Shown here in pieces: positions 1 through 13,220 of a stretch of 64,000 nucleotides of DNA. The notes under the pieces were generated by a model. That model ran no database searches and was not told where the DNA came from. It was given only the letters and a program-made list of their open reading frames with translations. Each line of letters begins with the position of its first letter. Position 1 is the stretch's first letter. Where the stretch lies: NCBI RefSeq assembly GCF_006345805.1, contig NC_043007.1, forward strand, positions 74,648,001-74,712,000. The letters run 5' to 3'. The DNA is from Octopus sinensis (lineage: Eukaryota). Made by a program: the position numbers and the translations under genes.

Positions 1-242
1 CCAAATTCCCTATTTTGTTACTTTTTTTCGCACATAACTTGCGTAGGCTGAACTGTGTAAAATGTTATAGAAAGAAACGTAGTTGTTTCTTGTAATATAT
101 ACCAATATATACATTTAAAGCAAAATTTTTTCAGAGGCCCTTAAAATGTTATGATCCTCAATTTACTATTTTGTTGCGTGGACCTCGCAAAATCTTATAT
201 GGACGCTCAGGGGACCAGATGAACCCCGGTTGAGAACCACAG
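1..242. mobile_element. hAT-type MITE, right end only (truncated by window start)
   Basis: Ends in GGTTGAGAACCACAG; terminal ~50 bp is the reverse complement of the left end of the 14221-14895 element. Confidence 0.7.
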
Positions 243-824
243 ATCTACTCAATTTCTAATTTAGGCACGAGGTCAGCAATTTTGATGGGAGGTGAATTAG
301 TTGATACCATCGACCAATACTTAAGCATATCGAGCCCCGAGAAAGGGAAAGTAAAATTTATCTCGACAAAATTTGAACTCGGAATTTAAAGAAGCGGAAG
401 AATAACTCAAAATCATTTCCCCTTACATTTTTAATCAACCAGTGTCGGATTAACCTAAAAATAAGAGCAGAATATGCTGGGGTCTGCATTTTCAAGGGGA
501 TCTCACTAAATACTTTATTACTATAGTTCTTAATCTCTTTGCCTTGTATCGTGATGCTTACGTCATCAATAGAAATATTCGTTTGTTTGTAAAACAGAAA
601 GGAAAAGTCAGCGTAGCAATATAGACGTTGTGACATTCGTAACTCATTTACTTTACCTCTAAATTTTTATGAACAACAGGGTATTTAAGGTCGATCCTCC
701 CACGTGCCACACTTCCCAGATCCGTCTTTATGTTCGTCTTTACGTTCTGAGTTCAAATTCAGCCGAGTTGACATTGCCTTTCATTCTTTCAGAGTCGATG
801 AAATGAAGTACCAGATCTTTTCGG

Positions 825-1070
825 TTTGAACGGCAGTTTTTTCTAGCGGTGTCATATGAAATTGTCACCCATAATTATGACCCTAGTATCGATCTATTGC
901 ATTTCAATCTGCTTTAGGGTTAGGGTTAGTTAGGGTTAGGGGTGGGGGAAGGGTATCTTTTTTTCTTCACAAATGTAAATAAACCCAATCTGTTTCTTAA
1001 ACGAGGGACATCTTCATACGGCACAGAATGTTTTTTTTACCTCAATAGACGTCATTGATTGGTTGAAATA
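825..1070. repeat. Unclassified interspersed repeat containing TTAGGG-like units
   Basis: TTAGGG TTAGGG TTAG TTAGGG TTAGGG at 914-941; the motif CGTCATTGATTGGTTGAAAT is also found, inverted and near-identical, at ~7075-7100. Confidence 0.4.
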
Positions 1071-1387
1071 TTAATTAAAGAAATATTAATTAAAGAAATT
1101 TCCAATGATTACATTTAATAACGATGTTAAAATGGGCGGATGCTAATTAATCTACTTGTCATTCTATTTTTCTATTCCGATTCATTAAACTGAGTTTAAT
1201 GAATTGAGTTTAATTATTAATTCTAACATAAATATGAGTCTTTGAATGAATCTGATTTATTGTTTAACATAAATCAAATCAGGATTTTTTAAAACAGGCG
1301 AGAAATATTTTGCGTGAAGTTTCTTCGTCAACTTTATAAAACAACAACACAAATAACAAGCGTAAATTAATTTATTATCGCAACGGA

Positions 1388-2130
1388 GGCAGCGAGCTGG
1401 CAGAATCGTTAGCACGCCGGGCAAAATGCTTAGTGGTATTTCGTCTGCCGTTACGTTCTGAGTTCAAATTCCGCCGAGGTCGACTTTGCCTTTCATTAAA
1501 TAAGTACCAGTTACACACTGGAGTCGATATAATCGACTTAATCCGTTTGTCTGTCCTTGTTTGTCCTCTCTGTGTTTGGCCTATTGTGGGTAGTAAAGAA
1601 ATAGGTATTTCGTCTGCCGTTACGTTCTGGGTTCAAATTCCGCCGAGGTCGACTTTGCCTTTCATCCTTTCGGGGTCGATAAATTAAGTACCAGTTACGC
1701 ACTGGAATCGATGTAATCGGCTTAATCCCTTTGTCTGTCCTTGTTTGTCCTCTCTGTGTTTAGCCCCTTGTGGGTAGTAAAGAAATAGATATTTCGTCTG
1801 CCGTTACGTTCTGGGTTCAAATTCCACCGAGGTCGACTTTGCCTTTCATCCTTTCGGGGTCGATAAATTAAGTACCAGTTACGCACTGGAATCGATCTAA
1901 TCGGCTTAATCCCTTTGTCTGTCCTTGTTTGTCCCTCCTTTATGTTTAGCCCCTTGTGGGTAGTAAAGAAATAAGAATCGTTAGAGCGTCGGAGAAAAAT
2001 AAACCGCTTTACGGTATTTCCTCAGGTTCACTACGTTCCGATTTCAGGCTCTACCTTGTTGATAAGACAAAACTACCACTCAGGTACTGGGATCAATGTA
2101 ATCGACTCGTCTCCTCCTGGATAAAATTTT
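1388..2130 (+). mobile_element. tRNA-derived SINE family A, tandem multimer (~4 units)
   Basis: A-box-like TGGCAGAATCGTTAG and B-box GAGTTCAAATTCC; body repeats with 184-bp period (unit starts 1605, 1789). Confidence 0.85.
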
Positions 2131-2147
2131 ACTTAGCTTAATATATA

Positions 2148-2377
2148 ATTCTTTACTACCCACAGGGGGCTAAACATAGAGGGGACAAACAAGGACAGAC
2201 AAAGGGATTAAGTCGATTACATCGACCCCAGTGCGTAACTGGTACTTTATTTATCGACCTCGAAAGGATGAAAGGCAAAGTCGACCTCGGCGGAATTTGA
2301 ACTCAGAACGTAACGACAGACGAAATACTGCTGAGCATTTCGCCCGGCGTGCTAACGTTTCTGCCAGCTCGCCGCCT
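2148..2377 (-). mobile_element. SINE family A monomer
   Basis: Reverse complement of the family A head and body. Confidence 0.85.
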
Positions 2378-2569
2378 TAGCTTAATATAATAACCTAAGG
2401 CCGGCGATCTGTTCAGATTCCGCCGAGGTCGACTGTGCCCCTCATGCTTTCGGGTTCGATAAAATAAGAACCAGTTGAGCAACGATTTCGATGGTATCGT
2501 CTTAACCCCCCCCCCCCCCGGCCGTACCAAAATGGGCAAAATTTGAAATTGTTCTGACGCCAAGTTTTA

Positions 2570-2800
2570 GACGCCATTTTAGGATGTCCATCAGCACATG
2601 TGTAATGTTTGGTGTCTTCCAGCAGGCCGCCGGAATCCCCTGATGCGCATGCGCAGGAACCAGGAGCAGTTAGCCTTCCCCGCTATTCCAATCCTCTTGG
2701 CTCTTGGCGGTCGATGAATTAAGACGTGTCCCGATAAGGCTCTGAGCGAAGGGGCGAACCAGACTCCGCGGGCGGCGAACACTGTTTTAACCATGGTGAT
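2570..2800. promoter_or_regulatory. CpG-rich patch with YY1-like and NRF1-like motifs
   Basis: GACGCCATTTT at 2570-2580 and the perfect palindrome TGCGCATGCGCA at 2644-2655, in a GC-rich island within AT-rich DNA. Confidence 0.3.
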
Positions 2801-3168
2801 TTAATCCGACTCTGTTGCCTTCCTAACCCAAGCCTTCACGCTACCGATGACCAGCGATGAAGTATCTCCTTCTGTGAAATAATAAATCATTATTGTTATT
2901 TGTTCAGCTATTCGTGTTCCTGCCGTTTTATTCCTTTCTACAACATTGTAGGGAAATGTGTGAAGCACCCTACCAGTGCAGATATCACACAGAGATAGAT
3001 AACGAAAATCCTACAAAATCAATATAATGCTCAGTAGGATTCTTAGCTTTAGATATTTTCAAATGTTTGAAGTAGAAAACTGTCCCAATTAGGAAAAAAT
3101 AGTGGCTTGTAATATTGGAGCATGTGTCTACTAAGCACTAGCATATTAGGAATGCCCATGATTCTATA

Positions 3169-3540
3169 CTATCAGTATCGTCCGGCGTTGCTCGGGTTTG
3201 TTTCGGTCCTTTAGAACTGGAATTTTTGAAAAGTAAAAATTCTGCATTATGCAGCTTGTTATTCTCTTTAAGTGAACATTTTTCTGGTTGAAATACACCG
3301 AAAAATGGCGACACAGCAGTCAAAAAATCGTAGAAAAAAAGCACCTTTTGATGTAAATATTTTTTGGTGTTAACATGGTCCGATTTGAATTTTTTTTCTT
3401 CTACGGAAGGAAGAGCAAGCCTTCTTCTAACATACTCTCAGTTTTGGTCAACTTGAGCCGCAGGGTCTCGGAGGAGATAGTGTTAATTGAAGGCTACCAA
3501 ACCTGCTATACACAGACAACTTCAGCTTTATATATAGAGA
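3169..3540 (-). mobile_element. Non-autonomous Helitron, subfamily 1
   Basis: 5' A|TCTCTATATATAAAG; 3' hairpin CCCGAGCAACGCCGG with a mutated CTAG; homologous over its length to 18207-18596. Confidence 0.8.
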
Positions 3541-4079
3541 TTTGCAAACAAACGTAAAATAGGCAGTAAACACTCATGTATAATACGATTTATCTTTAAA
3601 ATATTAATAACTGAAATTCAATATTCAAAAGAAAAATAGAGGAGCAAGTTTATTACCTTCTCCTTGGAAAACGTGTCCCTGTTCAAAATTTCAGACTGAC
3701 TTATAAGTTGGCACATATATTGATTCATATATGCCAACACGAGACAAAATAAACGTAGTTATATTTACGACTTTGAATAATTTCATTGTTCCAAACTGCA
3801 TTAAATCGCATTTTATTTTTTTGTTTTTTGTTTTTTTCTTTTTCCTTTCCTTTCCATTTTTGAGAACCTAATCGCACCAACAATATTCACGAAAGAATTA
3901 ATGCAAATATATGTAAATATTTAACAATTTATGCAAATAACAAAACGTAAATAGTTCCAAGTACGACTCTTCAGTGTAAAGCGATGAAAGATAAATCTTC
4001 GCAGGACGCCTGTCTGGTAACAGTGACATTCCCAAATGATTTGGAATATATTCCTGATGGTTAAGCCAAGTACATACAA

Positions 4080-4143
4080 GCATACATACATACATACATA
4101 CATACATACATACATACATACATACATACGTACTGTTCATACA

Positions 4144-4203
<60 letters not shown>

Positions 4204-4275
4204 ATATAGATAGATATAGATATAGATATAGATAATAGATAGATATATGCATGTATGTATGCATGTATGTGTGTG

Positions 4276-4322
<47 letters not shown>

Positions 4323-4349
4323 TATATATTTACATACATATATATATAT

Positions 4350-4411
<62 letters not shown>

Positions 4412-4460
4412 ATATATATATACATATACAAATATATGTACACACGCATATATATATATT

Positions 4461-4508
<48 letters not shown>

Positions 4509-4545
4509 ATATATATTATATATATCTATATACACACACACGCAC
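4080..4545. repeat. Compound microsatellite (CATA)n(CT)n(TA)n
   Basis: Directly visible; source of several spurious ORFs. Confidence 0.98.
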
Positions 4546-5868
4546 AAACAAATATGTGAATTTTTCTATTGATATGCACAAATGTATATATCCATATATA
4601 TCCATATTATGGTCACTATTATATATATTGATACATACACACACATATCGCTTTTTAACGGTAGAACTCGAAATAAATAATGCAATAAATAAATGCTTGT
4701 AAATATTGGGTAAAACAATAGCGAATAAATATTGGGTTAACAGCGTGTGAATATTGTTTTTAACGGTGACACTCGAAATTTACACGCACTTATAGCTTTG
4801 TTTACTTCGAGTTCTACTGTTAAAAACGATTATTTCCTATCACCCAAAGTTTCTTTGATCTTATAGCATAAACAATACAGAATTCTTGCTGGTTAGAACA
4901 TATAAAATCGGGTTTCTACAGAATATAAAATCTCTGCAGAATCTCCTCCAAATCTGAATATATTTTAAGTGACAGATAAGAACGATTCAATAAATATGAC
5001 CCATGGGATGTCTTCGCAGGCTCCACTGCTTCCGCAAGTTAGTATTACTGAATATGGATCAAATCAATCAATTTTGACAGAATATAACAACTTCTGAAAT
5101 TTTTAATAGTGAATGGCTTAAACTTCATTTCCTGATTTGCCTTTGACATCGATAAGAGCAAACCTTCGCGTTACGGTTGTAAAACGTTTGTGCAAAATAA
5201 CAGTTACATTTGAAAGATAGAAGAAAAGAAATCAGTTCAGAAAGACCGCAAAACATGTTCGTCACAGGCAGAAAATGGTGAAGTGGTATGACTCTCCAAA
5301 GTCTTCCCACTGCAAGTACGAAATGTTGTTATCAACTAAATGCTACACACATCCTAGTAATTACAGAAAACGAGACGGTTACCACCGATATATTAAATAC
5401 GTTATAAATATTAAATACGTAATGATACAGGAGGCTAAAACAATTAAAAACCAAAAAGGTAGAATAAATAAATAAGGGGGTAATATCTTATTGAATGTTT
5501 ATATACGCTCAAACTATTTTGAATTTTAGCGCTCGCTGTTCAGCGAATGGGAAACAAGCTATCTCTTTAACCCGGAGTAAATTGTGGATTCTCCTGAGGA
5601 GAAATGACATTTTATTGGTTAAATTTTGAAATCATATGATAGAGTCTTATCAAATTACTTCACTCAGCGAGTTTTATCTCGCTGGAGAAAGATGTTGCTT
5701 GCCGCTCGAAGTCCCTTGAACAGCTCATGAGGTTCGTGATTTTGTGTGGCTATTCGAGTTATATGTTTTAGCTCTTATTTCTAGCATTTGTAGCTGCTAT
5801 TTGCACCCTTATTTATGTATTCTACCTTTTTGATTTTTAATTGCTTTAGCCACCTATATATATATGTA

Positions 5869-6084
5869 TGTAGTGAACCCTGGCGGTCAAGCAGGAAAGC
5901 AAAACGGAAAAGGGATTTAACAAGAGTAATCTCCCTCGACCTTCTAGAACGTTCTCGAACTTTCCGGTTGACGGGGACTTCCGGTTCATCCCTTATATAA
6001 AGGAACAAATTTCTAAATTCGTGCCATCAGGCCGCTGCATACCCACTCGCTCGCGCGTACGTTCGCCTCACTTACTTGGAGACA
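5869..6084. mobile_element. Possible solo LTR
   Basis: TG...CA ends flanked by the 4-bp direct repeat TGTA (5865-5868 and 6085-6088); internal TATATAAAG and CCGGAAGT motifs; GC-richer than flanks. Confidence 0.45.
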
Positions 6085-6163
6085 TGTAATTTCAAAAAAG
6101 AATATATTCATGTTACAAGCTTTCCTTCGATTAACCTTATATGTTAACGCATTACCTCCAGTA

Positions 6164-6490
6164 GTGAAGGCGCATGGCTCAGTGGTTAGAGTGTCGAGCT
6201 TACGATCGTGAGGTTGAGAGTTCGAATGCCAGACCGGGCTACGTGTTGTGTTCTTGAGCAAGACACTTTATTTCACGTTACTCCAGCTGTAGAAATGAGT
6301 TGCGACGTCACAGGTGCCAAGTTGTATCTGCTGTTGCCTTTCCCCTGAGTAACACTGGTGGCGTGGAGAGTGGAGGCCGGTATGCTTGGGCGACTGCTGG
6401 TCTTCCATAAACAACCTTGCCCGGACTCGTGCCCGGGAGGGTAACTTTCTAGGTACAATCCCATGGTCAGTCATGACCGCAGGGAGTCTC
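6164..6490 (+). mobile_element. tRNA-derived SINE family B
   Basis: A box TGGCTCAGTGG, B box GAGTTCGAATGCC, core GTGTTCTTGAGCAAGACACTT; inverted homolog at ~60880-61195. Confidence 0.8.
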
Positions 6491-8142
6491 AGATTACCTC
6501 CAGTAATAAATATGTTACGACTTATTACAAACGTCTCCCGAATTCCTATTTTCTTGTTATTACGTACAAGATGGTGACCCCTCGTTCTCCCATGCTCATT
6601 AAATTATAGGGTGGGTGGGTGGGTATGTATGTATGTATGTATGTATGTGTGTGTGTGTGTGGTGTGTGTGTGTGTGTATGTATGCATGCATGCATGCATG
6701 CATGCAGGCAGGCAGGCATGCAGGCGTTTGTCGGCTCGGAACTATAGTAAAAAAAAATACTTGCCCAAAGTGCCACGTAGTGGAACTGAAACTCGAACCG
6801 CGTGGTTTGGAAGCAAACTTCTTACCACGCAGCCACGTTTGAAAATTTTAAAATAAATATTTCTCGCAAACAATACACATTTTATGTGCTTGTTAGACAA
6901 TTTTTGGATCTATTCCATCTCAGTCACAGATTTTTTAATTAATTTTTTTTTCAACTGAACAGTTTGAAACTTCGAATACTGGTAGAATTTCTCTCGTAGA
7001 ACACGGTTTACTCTGAACGTTTTTGACAAAATTTCGTATTTTGAAAATTATTTCGTGTTAAAGTTGTCGTATTTGGGTAATTTCAACCAATCAACGACGT
7101 GTATTCGGTTGAAGAAAGCTACTACTCTTTGCGATAGTAATCGAAGAGGAACAACTTGAAAATGCGCTGAAGAATTTGGCAAAATTATTAAAGAAATCAT
7201 CAATGATATACGATTCTCATTCACGGAAGTAAAAATTCCACAGAGATAAAAACTGTCTCGCCGATTGATGAATCAATAATGAATGTGACACTGGATCAAA
7301 TTGCCAAAGGATACTTCGTATATCTACTTCTTATTTAAGTCAGAATAAAGCTATTATGGAATTACGGTCGATTTAATTGTAAAGACCGACACATATATAA
7401 CGATCATGCGTAAGATACAATTTTAACAGTTTATAAACACTGGAGGTCACCAGTTATAAGGGTCAAGCGTAATGTTATATATATGTAAATGTTTGCACAT
7501 CGGCGTCACCATCTATAACTATCAAGTGTAACGATGATATGCCTCGAATGAATTAGAGAAGAAACATAATTATTGTTAGTTGAAATGGTCCTTTCTTCAT
7601 TATTATTATCGTTACAAAATAAGTTACAATTACTTCAAGTTGTTTGAGTTGTTATGGTACACAAATTAGTTTTAGCTCCATAATCCATTCTGTATGGTAG
7701 TTAGCTTTATATGTGGGCGACTACTAAAGAGAGAAAGAATAAGTGAGTTTAGACATGTTAAAAGGAGGAAGAGCTGTGTTGACCCTCGCATTGACCCCGG
7801 AAGAAAGAAGGAAGAAAGAGGGATGCTCTTTGGTCAGGGACCGAGCGGCCAAAGAAATAGAATTGATTTTTGAAGAATGCTAATTTAAACAATAGAACCT
7901 ATGTGTAACTGTTGGCCTTATAAATTTCCTAGTGTAAAAGACGAGAACAGTAGGAAGAGAACTTGTAGAAAAATGTGGATTCGGTCTGACTTAGGAATTT
8001 GAAAGCTATTCTTCACATATTTTGTACATTCACCTTCTGTTTAGTTTAATCTTGATGCATCAAGTGATTCGGCAGAGCACTATCGACTTATTGTATTACT
8101 TTATGTTGCTGTTCTTGTTCTATAGTCAGAAAAGGCAATTTA

Positions 8143-8656
8143 CCGTAAATCCTCGAGTATAGTCCGCCCTTGAGTATAATACGCAGGGGATTTTTAGGGG
8201 GCTGTATCTCTGAAAAACCTAAACCTTGTGTATAATACACACCCCTTCTCTAACTTGAATCAAGGAGGTCTATATAACGTCCTTGGTTTGTAAAAATTGT
8301 ATACGGTAACGTCCTTTATTGTTATTGTATATATAAAATAATGCAAACGTGTAGCTTTTTTGTGCATTTTATTTGCAGAAAATAAAGAAATAACAATAAT
8401 AACGTATAATAAATGTTGCTTATTGCAAGTTATGGATGATTCTTTTATGACTTCATTGCTTTCAGGCTTAGCTTAAGGTATTTTCGCGCCCGACATCACA
8501 ACATACGTTTGAATAAACATTGCCAGACAGCAAATAGAGACGCGGACATTGCTTAGAAAATAATTTTCATTTTTAACTTCGTATATAGTACGCACTAGGG
8601 ATGTTGACCTTTAAATTTTTTTGGGGAAAATGCGGATTATACTCGAGGATTTACGG
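8143..8656. mobile_element. Tc2/pogo-type MITE
   Basis: TIRs CCGTAAATCCTCGAGTATAGTCCGC / GCGGATTATACTCGAGGATTTACGG, with TA on both sides. Confidence 0.9.
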
Positions 8657-8847
8657 TATTTAAAAGTTTGTGCCGTTTATGTATCACTGATTGATTGACA
8701 TCTTTCTTTTATTCAACTTGACTACCAAATGATACCCTTCCTTATTTATAACAGTAGGTTGGGTGTATTTAGGGAGATTTGGCAGCTATTACTAGCAGTT
8801 CTCAACATTAGGTAAGGGCTTCCTCGTTAGCTTAGTCATTTGTGTGA

Positions 8848-8886
<39 letters not shown>

Positions 8887-8947
8887 CCTGTGTACATGTG
8901 TATATGAAGGTGAGAGTGGATATTGGTACGTGCTCCTATGCACGTAT

Positions 8948-8979
<32 letters not shown>

Positions 8980-9566
8980 ATACACACACACTCAGAGTGA
9001 TAGTCGAAACACACTGGTGTTTGGTGGTGAACTTGATAACAGTATAAACAAATTGAAACGTCAATGAAACAGTCAGTTAGTCAATAAGTGTTATTGTGTA
9101 GCGGTGAATCAAGAGATAATGCTTTCATTTAATTTAGCCAGCTATCATGGCTATCAGCTAAAAAACAGCGATTCCCAATGAAACAAATTACTCCTCGGTG
9201 GAACATAGCCATTCATGAAGTGACGTTAAGACTGTATCACTATGGCGATAATTACACAGAAAAAGTAATTAAAAGAAATCTATTTGTCGGCCTCTTCCAT
9301 TGACCTTCCATTCACATCTTAAATAGAAGCAATAAATACTTGTTATCAATAAGTTTCGGAGTTTGAGGCTGGAAGGGAAAATGAGCAACGAGACCAATAC
9401 AAACGACAAGGGTTAGACTTCTATCTAGATCTAATGGATATAATTTTATACGTCTTTTTAAACGTTCTGTGTTAAATTCATTGACGTTAATCTGGAAATG
9501 TTAGCGAGACGAAGTAACGAGTGTAGATAGAGATATGAGACTATGTAAAAATAAACTGTAAACACC

Positions 9567-9629
9567 ATGGAAGAAGTATTTATGTGTGATTTGGAGGATT
9601 ACGACGAACATGGAATTCGTATCAAATGG
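9567..9629 (+). CDS. Candidate first coding exon MEEVFMCDLEDYDEHGIRIKW (unconfirmed)
   Basis: AACACCATGG start context, in-frame stop just upstream, phase-0 donor TGG|GTAAGT; no partner exon found. Confidence 0.25.
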
Positions 9630-9663
9630 GTAAGTTAACGGTTTCCTTTAACCTCTGTCTCAC

Positions 9664-9749
<86 letters not shown>

Positions 9750-9977
9750 AGTCTGTCTGTCTCCCCCCCTCTCTCGCTCTCTCGCTCTCTCTCTCTGCTT
9801 CCGTGTAGTTGCGTAGCTTTGTGGTTTCTATAGCTGGACTGGGCGGTGCTGCGTTGCTTTCTTAAGTAAAATACTTCACCTTCATGTTTACTTCAAGCCA
9901 CGCTGTTGTAAGAGAGTAAACTTGCGACGGAGACTGGCGTCCCGTTCAGGAGTGATGTTGTCAACGCGGTCACTTAA

Positions 9978-10194
9978 CCCTTTACCATTTAGATTCTTCT
10001 TTCAAATGTAATGTTTATTTATTCACATTGTTTTTTTTAATTAATCATATATTGTCTCGGAGCTTCGCGATTTCGATGATGTGATTGTTTATAATTAGAA
10101 CGACATAGTGGGGTAGGTATGAGAGGCCAGTCTGGCCAGTTTGAACATAAAGACATATCAAATACCAGATATGGCCTGTCTGAATGCTAAAGGA
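9978..10194. mobile_element. piggyBac-type MITE
   Basis: TTAA on both sides (9974-9977, 10195-10198); imperfect TIRs CCCTTTACCATTTAGA / TCTGAATGCTAAAGGA. Confidence 0.8.
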
Positions 10195-10321
10195 TTAAAC
10201 TTCACGAAAACCCAGTAACTTGCCCTAGGAGTCTTGGGACTGGCAACAGTACTTACTTAGCCTGCTTTTTCTAATCACGTATTGCTTTTTTGTTTTTATA
10301 TTTGTATCTTTTTATATTTCA

Positions 10322-10520
10322 TCTTTTACTTGTTTCAGTCATTAGACTGCGGCAATGCTGGGGCACTGCATTGAAGAATTTTTAGTCGAATGAATCGTCC
10401 CCAGTACATTTTTTTAAAGCCTGGTACTTATTCTATCGGTCTGTTTTACAGAACCGCTAAGTTACAGGCACGTAAACAAACCAACACCGGTCGTTAAGTG
10501 GTGGTGGGAGCCAAACACAG

Positions 10521-10583
<63 letters not shown>

Positions 10584-10751
10584 CACACACACGCACGATG
10601 GGCTTCTTCCAGTTTCAGTCTACCAAATCCACTCACAAGTCTTTGGTCATCTCGAGACTATAGTAGAAGACACATGTCCAACTACGCAGTGGGACTGAAC
10701 CAGGAACCATGCGGTTGAGAAGCAAACTTCTTACTACACAATTACGCCTGC
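10322..10751 (-). mobile_element. tRNA-derived SINE family C with internal (CA)n microsatellite
   Basis: Head/core, internal microsatellite and 3' tail CAGTC.AATGACTGAAACAAGTAAAAGA; many other copies (e.g. 15980-16235, 20790-21020, 31100-32400, 34660-34890, 62090-62300). Confidence 0.85.
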
Positions 10752-11319
10752 AAATAAAAAAGAAGTTCACTATCGCTAGTGAATAGTAGACTTGCTCATA
10801 GTAAGTCGCTTTTATAAAAATTTTAAACAAAAGTCTTCCTGTTTCTATATTTTAGTCTTTAGGTTTCAGAGATGGGTCATGTGATAATCTTAGTTGCCGA
10901 GTGAAATACAATGAAACAACCGGTAAACAAGAGCGATATGAAGGTGACTATGATTGGATAAAATATGAATGTATGAGCCTAATTCGAAACAGGAAATTCG
11001 TAAATTTATTGCGAAATAAATAACAATATCATTATCTAAGTAAAGCAGTAAATAAGGGATCTTCGAGTTCAAGAGTGTAATGCAAGACGTCTTTGTAGTG
11101 CCGGTCTGAACTTTCCTGAAATTATAACTGGATGAGGCATCTTGCCACTATAATTTACGTCGCAATCAACAGTGGAAATATCACAATGTTATTTCACTTG
11201 AAACTGAAGATTTAATAATACAACTAGGCGCAGGCATAGATGTGTGGTTAAAAAGGTCAGTTTGCAATCAGATGGATTCAGGTTCTGTCCCGCTGCGCAG
11301 CACCTTGGGCAGGTGTCTT

Positions 11320-12086
11320 CAACACATTCGATCAGCTCAGAACGACCATTGCTGGTGACAGCTCCCCATACCATTACAGAGATACCGCCACGTTTCACAG
11401 TTGCTTGGAGTCGTTTCAAATCAAATCCTTGAATGGGAAGCTTCCAGACCCAAATACGTCCACTGTCTGAAAATAATGCCAATCCGGATTCAGCCGAGAA
11501 AATCACTCTTTCCCAAAATGAACTGGATTTTTCTTACATCTCCTTAACCCATTTCTTTCTTTTCATGATATTAATTGGTTGAAGGAGAGGTTTCTTCTAG
11601 CTGCTCGTCCATAATACTCAGGCTTATGCAGATATGTAACACATGTTCTTGGACTAACTTCTAGCTGTTTTGCGATATCAGAAGCCTTCGAACGGGGTTC
11701 GTTTTCCACAATTCTCTTCAAACAGCAAAGCTTCCTTTTCGAGGGCCCAGGTCGGCCGGGAAGAGAATCTGTTAATTCTTTTCCTTGGCTTTTGAATTGC
11801 ACTATAATTCTATTAAAAGTAGCAAGAGGAATTTGAAGATTTTCAGCAATATTTCGCTAGCTAAGACCAGCCTCAGATTGCCCAACAATACGACCTCTTT
11901 GAAAATCTGACAGTTCTGCTGAATTTTTTGTGCGTGGCATGGTTACTCTTCGTAAATGTTTAATATAATGGCACTGGAATGAAAAAGAATAATTACATTG
12001 TAAATTGTACACCACTGAAAACATAATTAGACGCTGAGATCAGAATTTTGTAAATCAAAGGTGTCTATTTTTTCCTGCATGTCTGT
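11320..12086 (-). mobile_element. Tc1-family transposon remnant (5' part, truncated by a SINE head)
   Basis: IFSAES...WVWK...[15 protein letters not shown] matches the Tc1 FSDES and TVKHGGGSVMVWG motifs; upstream HTH segment GRP...[18 protein letters not shown]; probable terminus abutting (TA)n near 12086. Confidence 0.8.
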
Positions 12087-12087
12087 G

Positions 12088-12119
<32 letters not shown>

Positions 12120-12809
12120 ATATATAATATTATATATATATATATGTATATACGTATGCACGCATGTATATAAATATATATAAATGTATGTATGCGCATG
12201 CATGTGTGTGTGTGTTTGTTTGTCACCTCGCTACTTGACAGCCAGTGTTGGTTTGTTTACGTCTTCGTAACCTAGGGGTTACACAAACCGACCTTTAGAA
12301 TAAGTATCAGACACGAAAAACAAAAGTAATGGAGTCGATTTGTTCAAGTAAAACCCTTCGAAGAAGTGCCCCAGAATGGCAGCAGTCCATTGACGGAAAC
12401 CAGTAAAGACGAAAACATAATAGATATGATATCTCATAGTCGTATGTTCGATTTGTCATTAGTTCAGGGCAGTGACCCCAGCATGGCTGCAGTCTAATGA
12501 TTGAAACAAATGAATGAATGATAAGAGAAAATTTAAAGTATTCAGAAAGCATGAATGGCTCCTTGGTGAGAGCTGTGGATAGTGATTGTTTATGCTTTTG
12601 TATACCATCTCTTTGTATGCATTATTTGTCATGGTCTGCTGATAATGTGCCAATATTTGAAAGCATTATTTTTCTAGGTCGTAATTTTAGTTTTCCTTTT
12701 TTTTTCTTTAAAAAAATTTTTTACAAGCAGATACTGCTTTTTATAACTATGTCATTTTAATTTTAGGTTAAGACTATGCTCGTTGATGCAGAAACACACA
12801 CAAAATGTC

Positions 12810-12834
12810 ATGTATACATACATACATACATACG

Positions 12835-12866
<32 letters not shown>

Positions 12867-12868
12867 TA

Positions 12869-12910
<42 letters not shown>

Positions 12911-12925
12911 ATATATATATATTAT

Positions 12926-13006
<81 letters not shown>

Positions 13007-13190
13007 GTGTGTATATACATACATACATATATATATATAATATATATATATATATATACATGTGAGTGTGTGTGTGTGTGTGTGTATGTATGCATATACA
13101 CACACGTAGACAGAGAGACATACATACATATCCACACACAAACACACATATGCTCGTGTGTGTATATATGTATATTTGTATGCATATTGT
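12810..13190. repeat. Compound (CATA)n/(TA)n/(TG)n microsatellite
   Basis: Directly visible. Confidence 0.98.
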
Positions 13191-13220
13191 AATATGATAT
13201 AATTTCGATAATGTACTTAC

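Noticed and set aside
914-941. Telomere or chromosome-fusion remnant
   Set aside because: Only four units, embedded in an interspersed repeat.
1388-2130. Regular ~184-bp arrays as CRISPR or satellite DNA
   Set aside because: No unique spacers, eukaryotic context, and the unit is a dispersed tRNA-derived SINE body.
3950-4070. Minus-strand GIYSKSF...SCEDLSFIALH or GMSLLPDRRPAKIYL as a gene exon
   Set aside because: In-frame stop and no good donor; equally explained by chance or a decayed LINE.
4960-5060. Minus-strand ILTCGSSGACEDIPWVIFIESF exon
   Set aside because: Plausible acceptor but no donor before the stop; insufficient support.
6164-6240. tRNA genes at SINE heads (also 47923, 54078 and others)
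   Set aside because: A and B boxes are present but there is no complete cloverleaf, and they continue into SINE cores.
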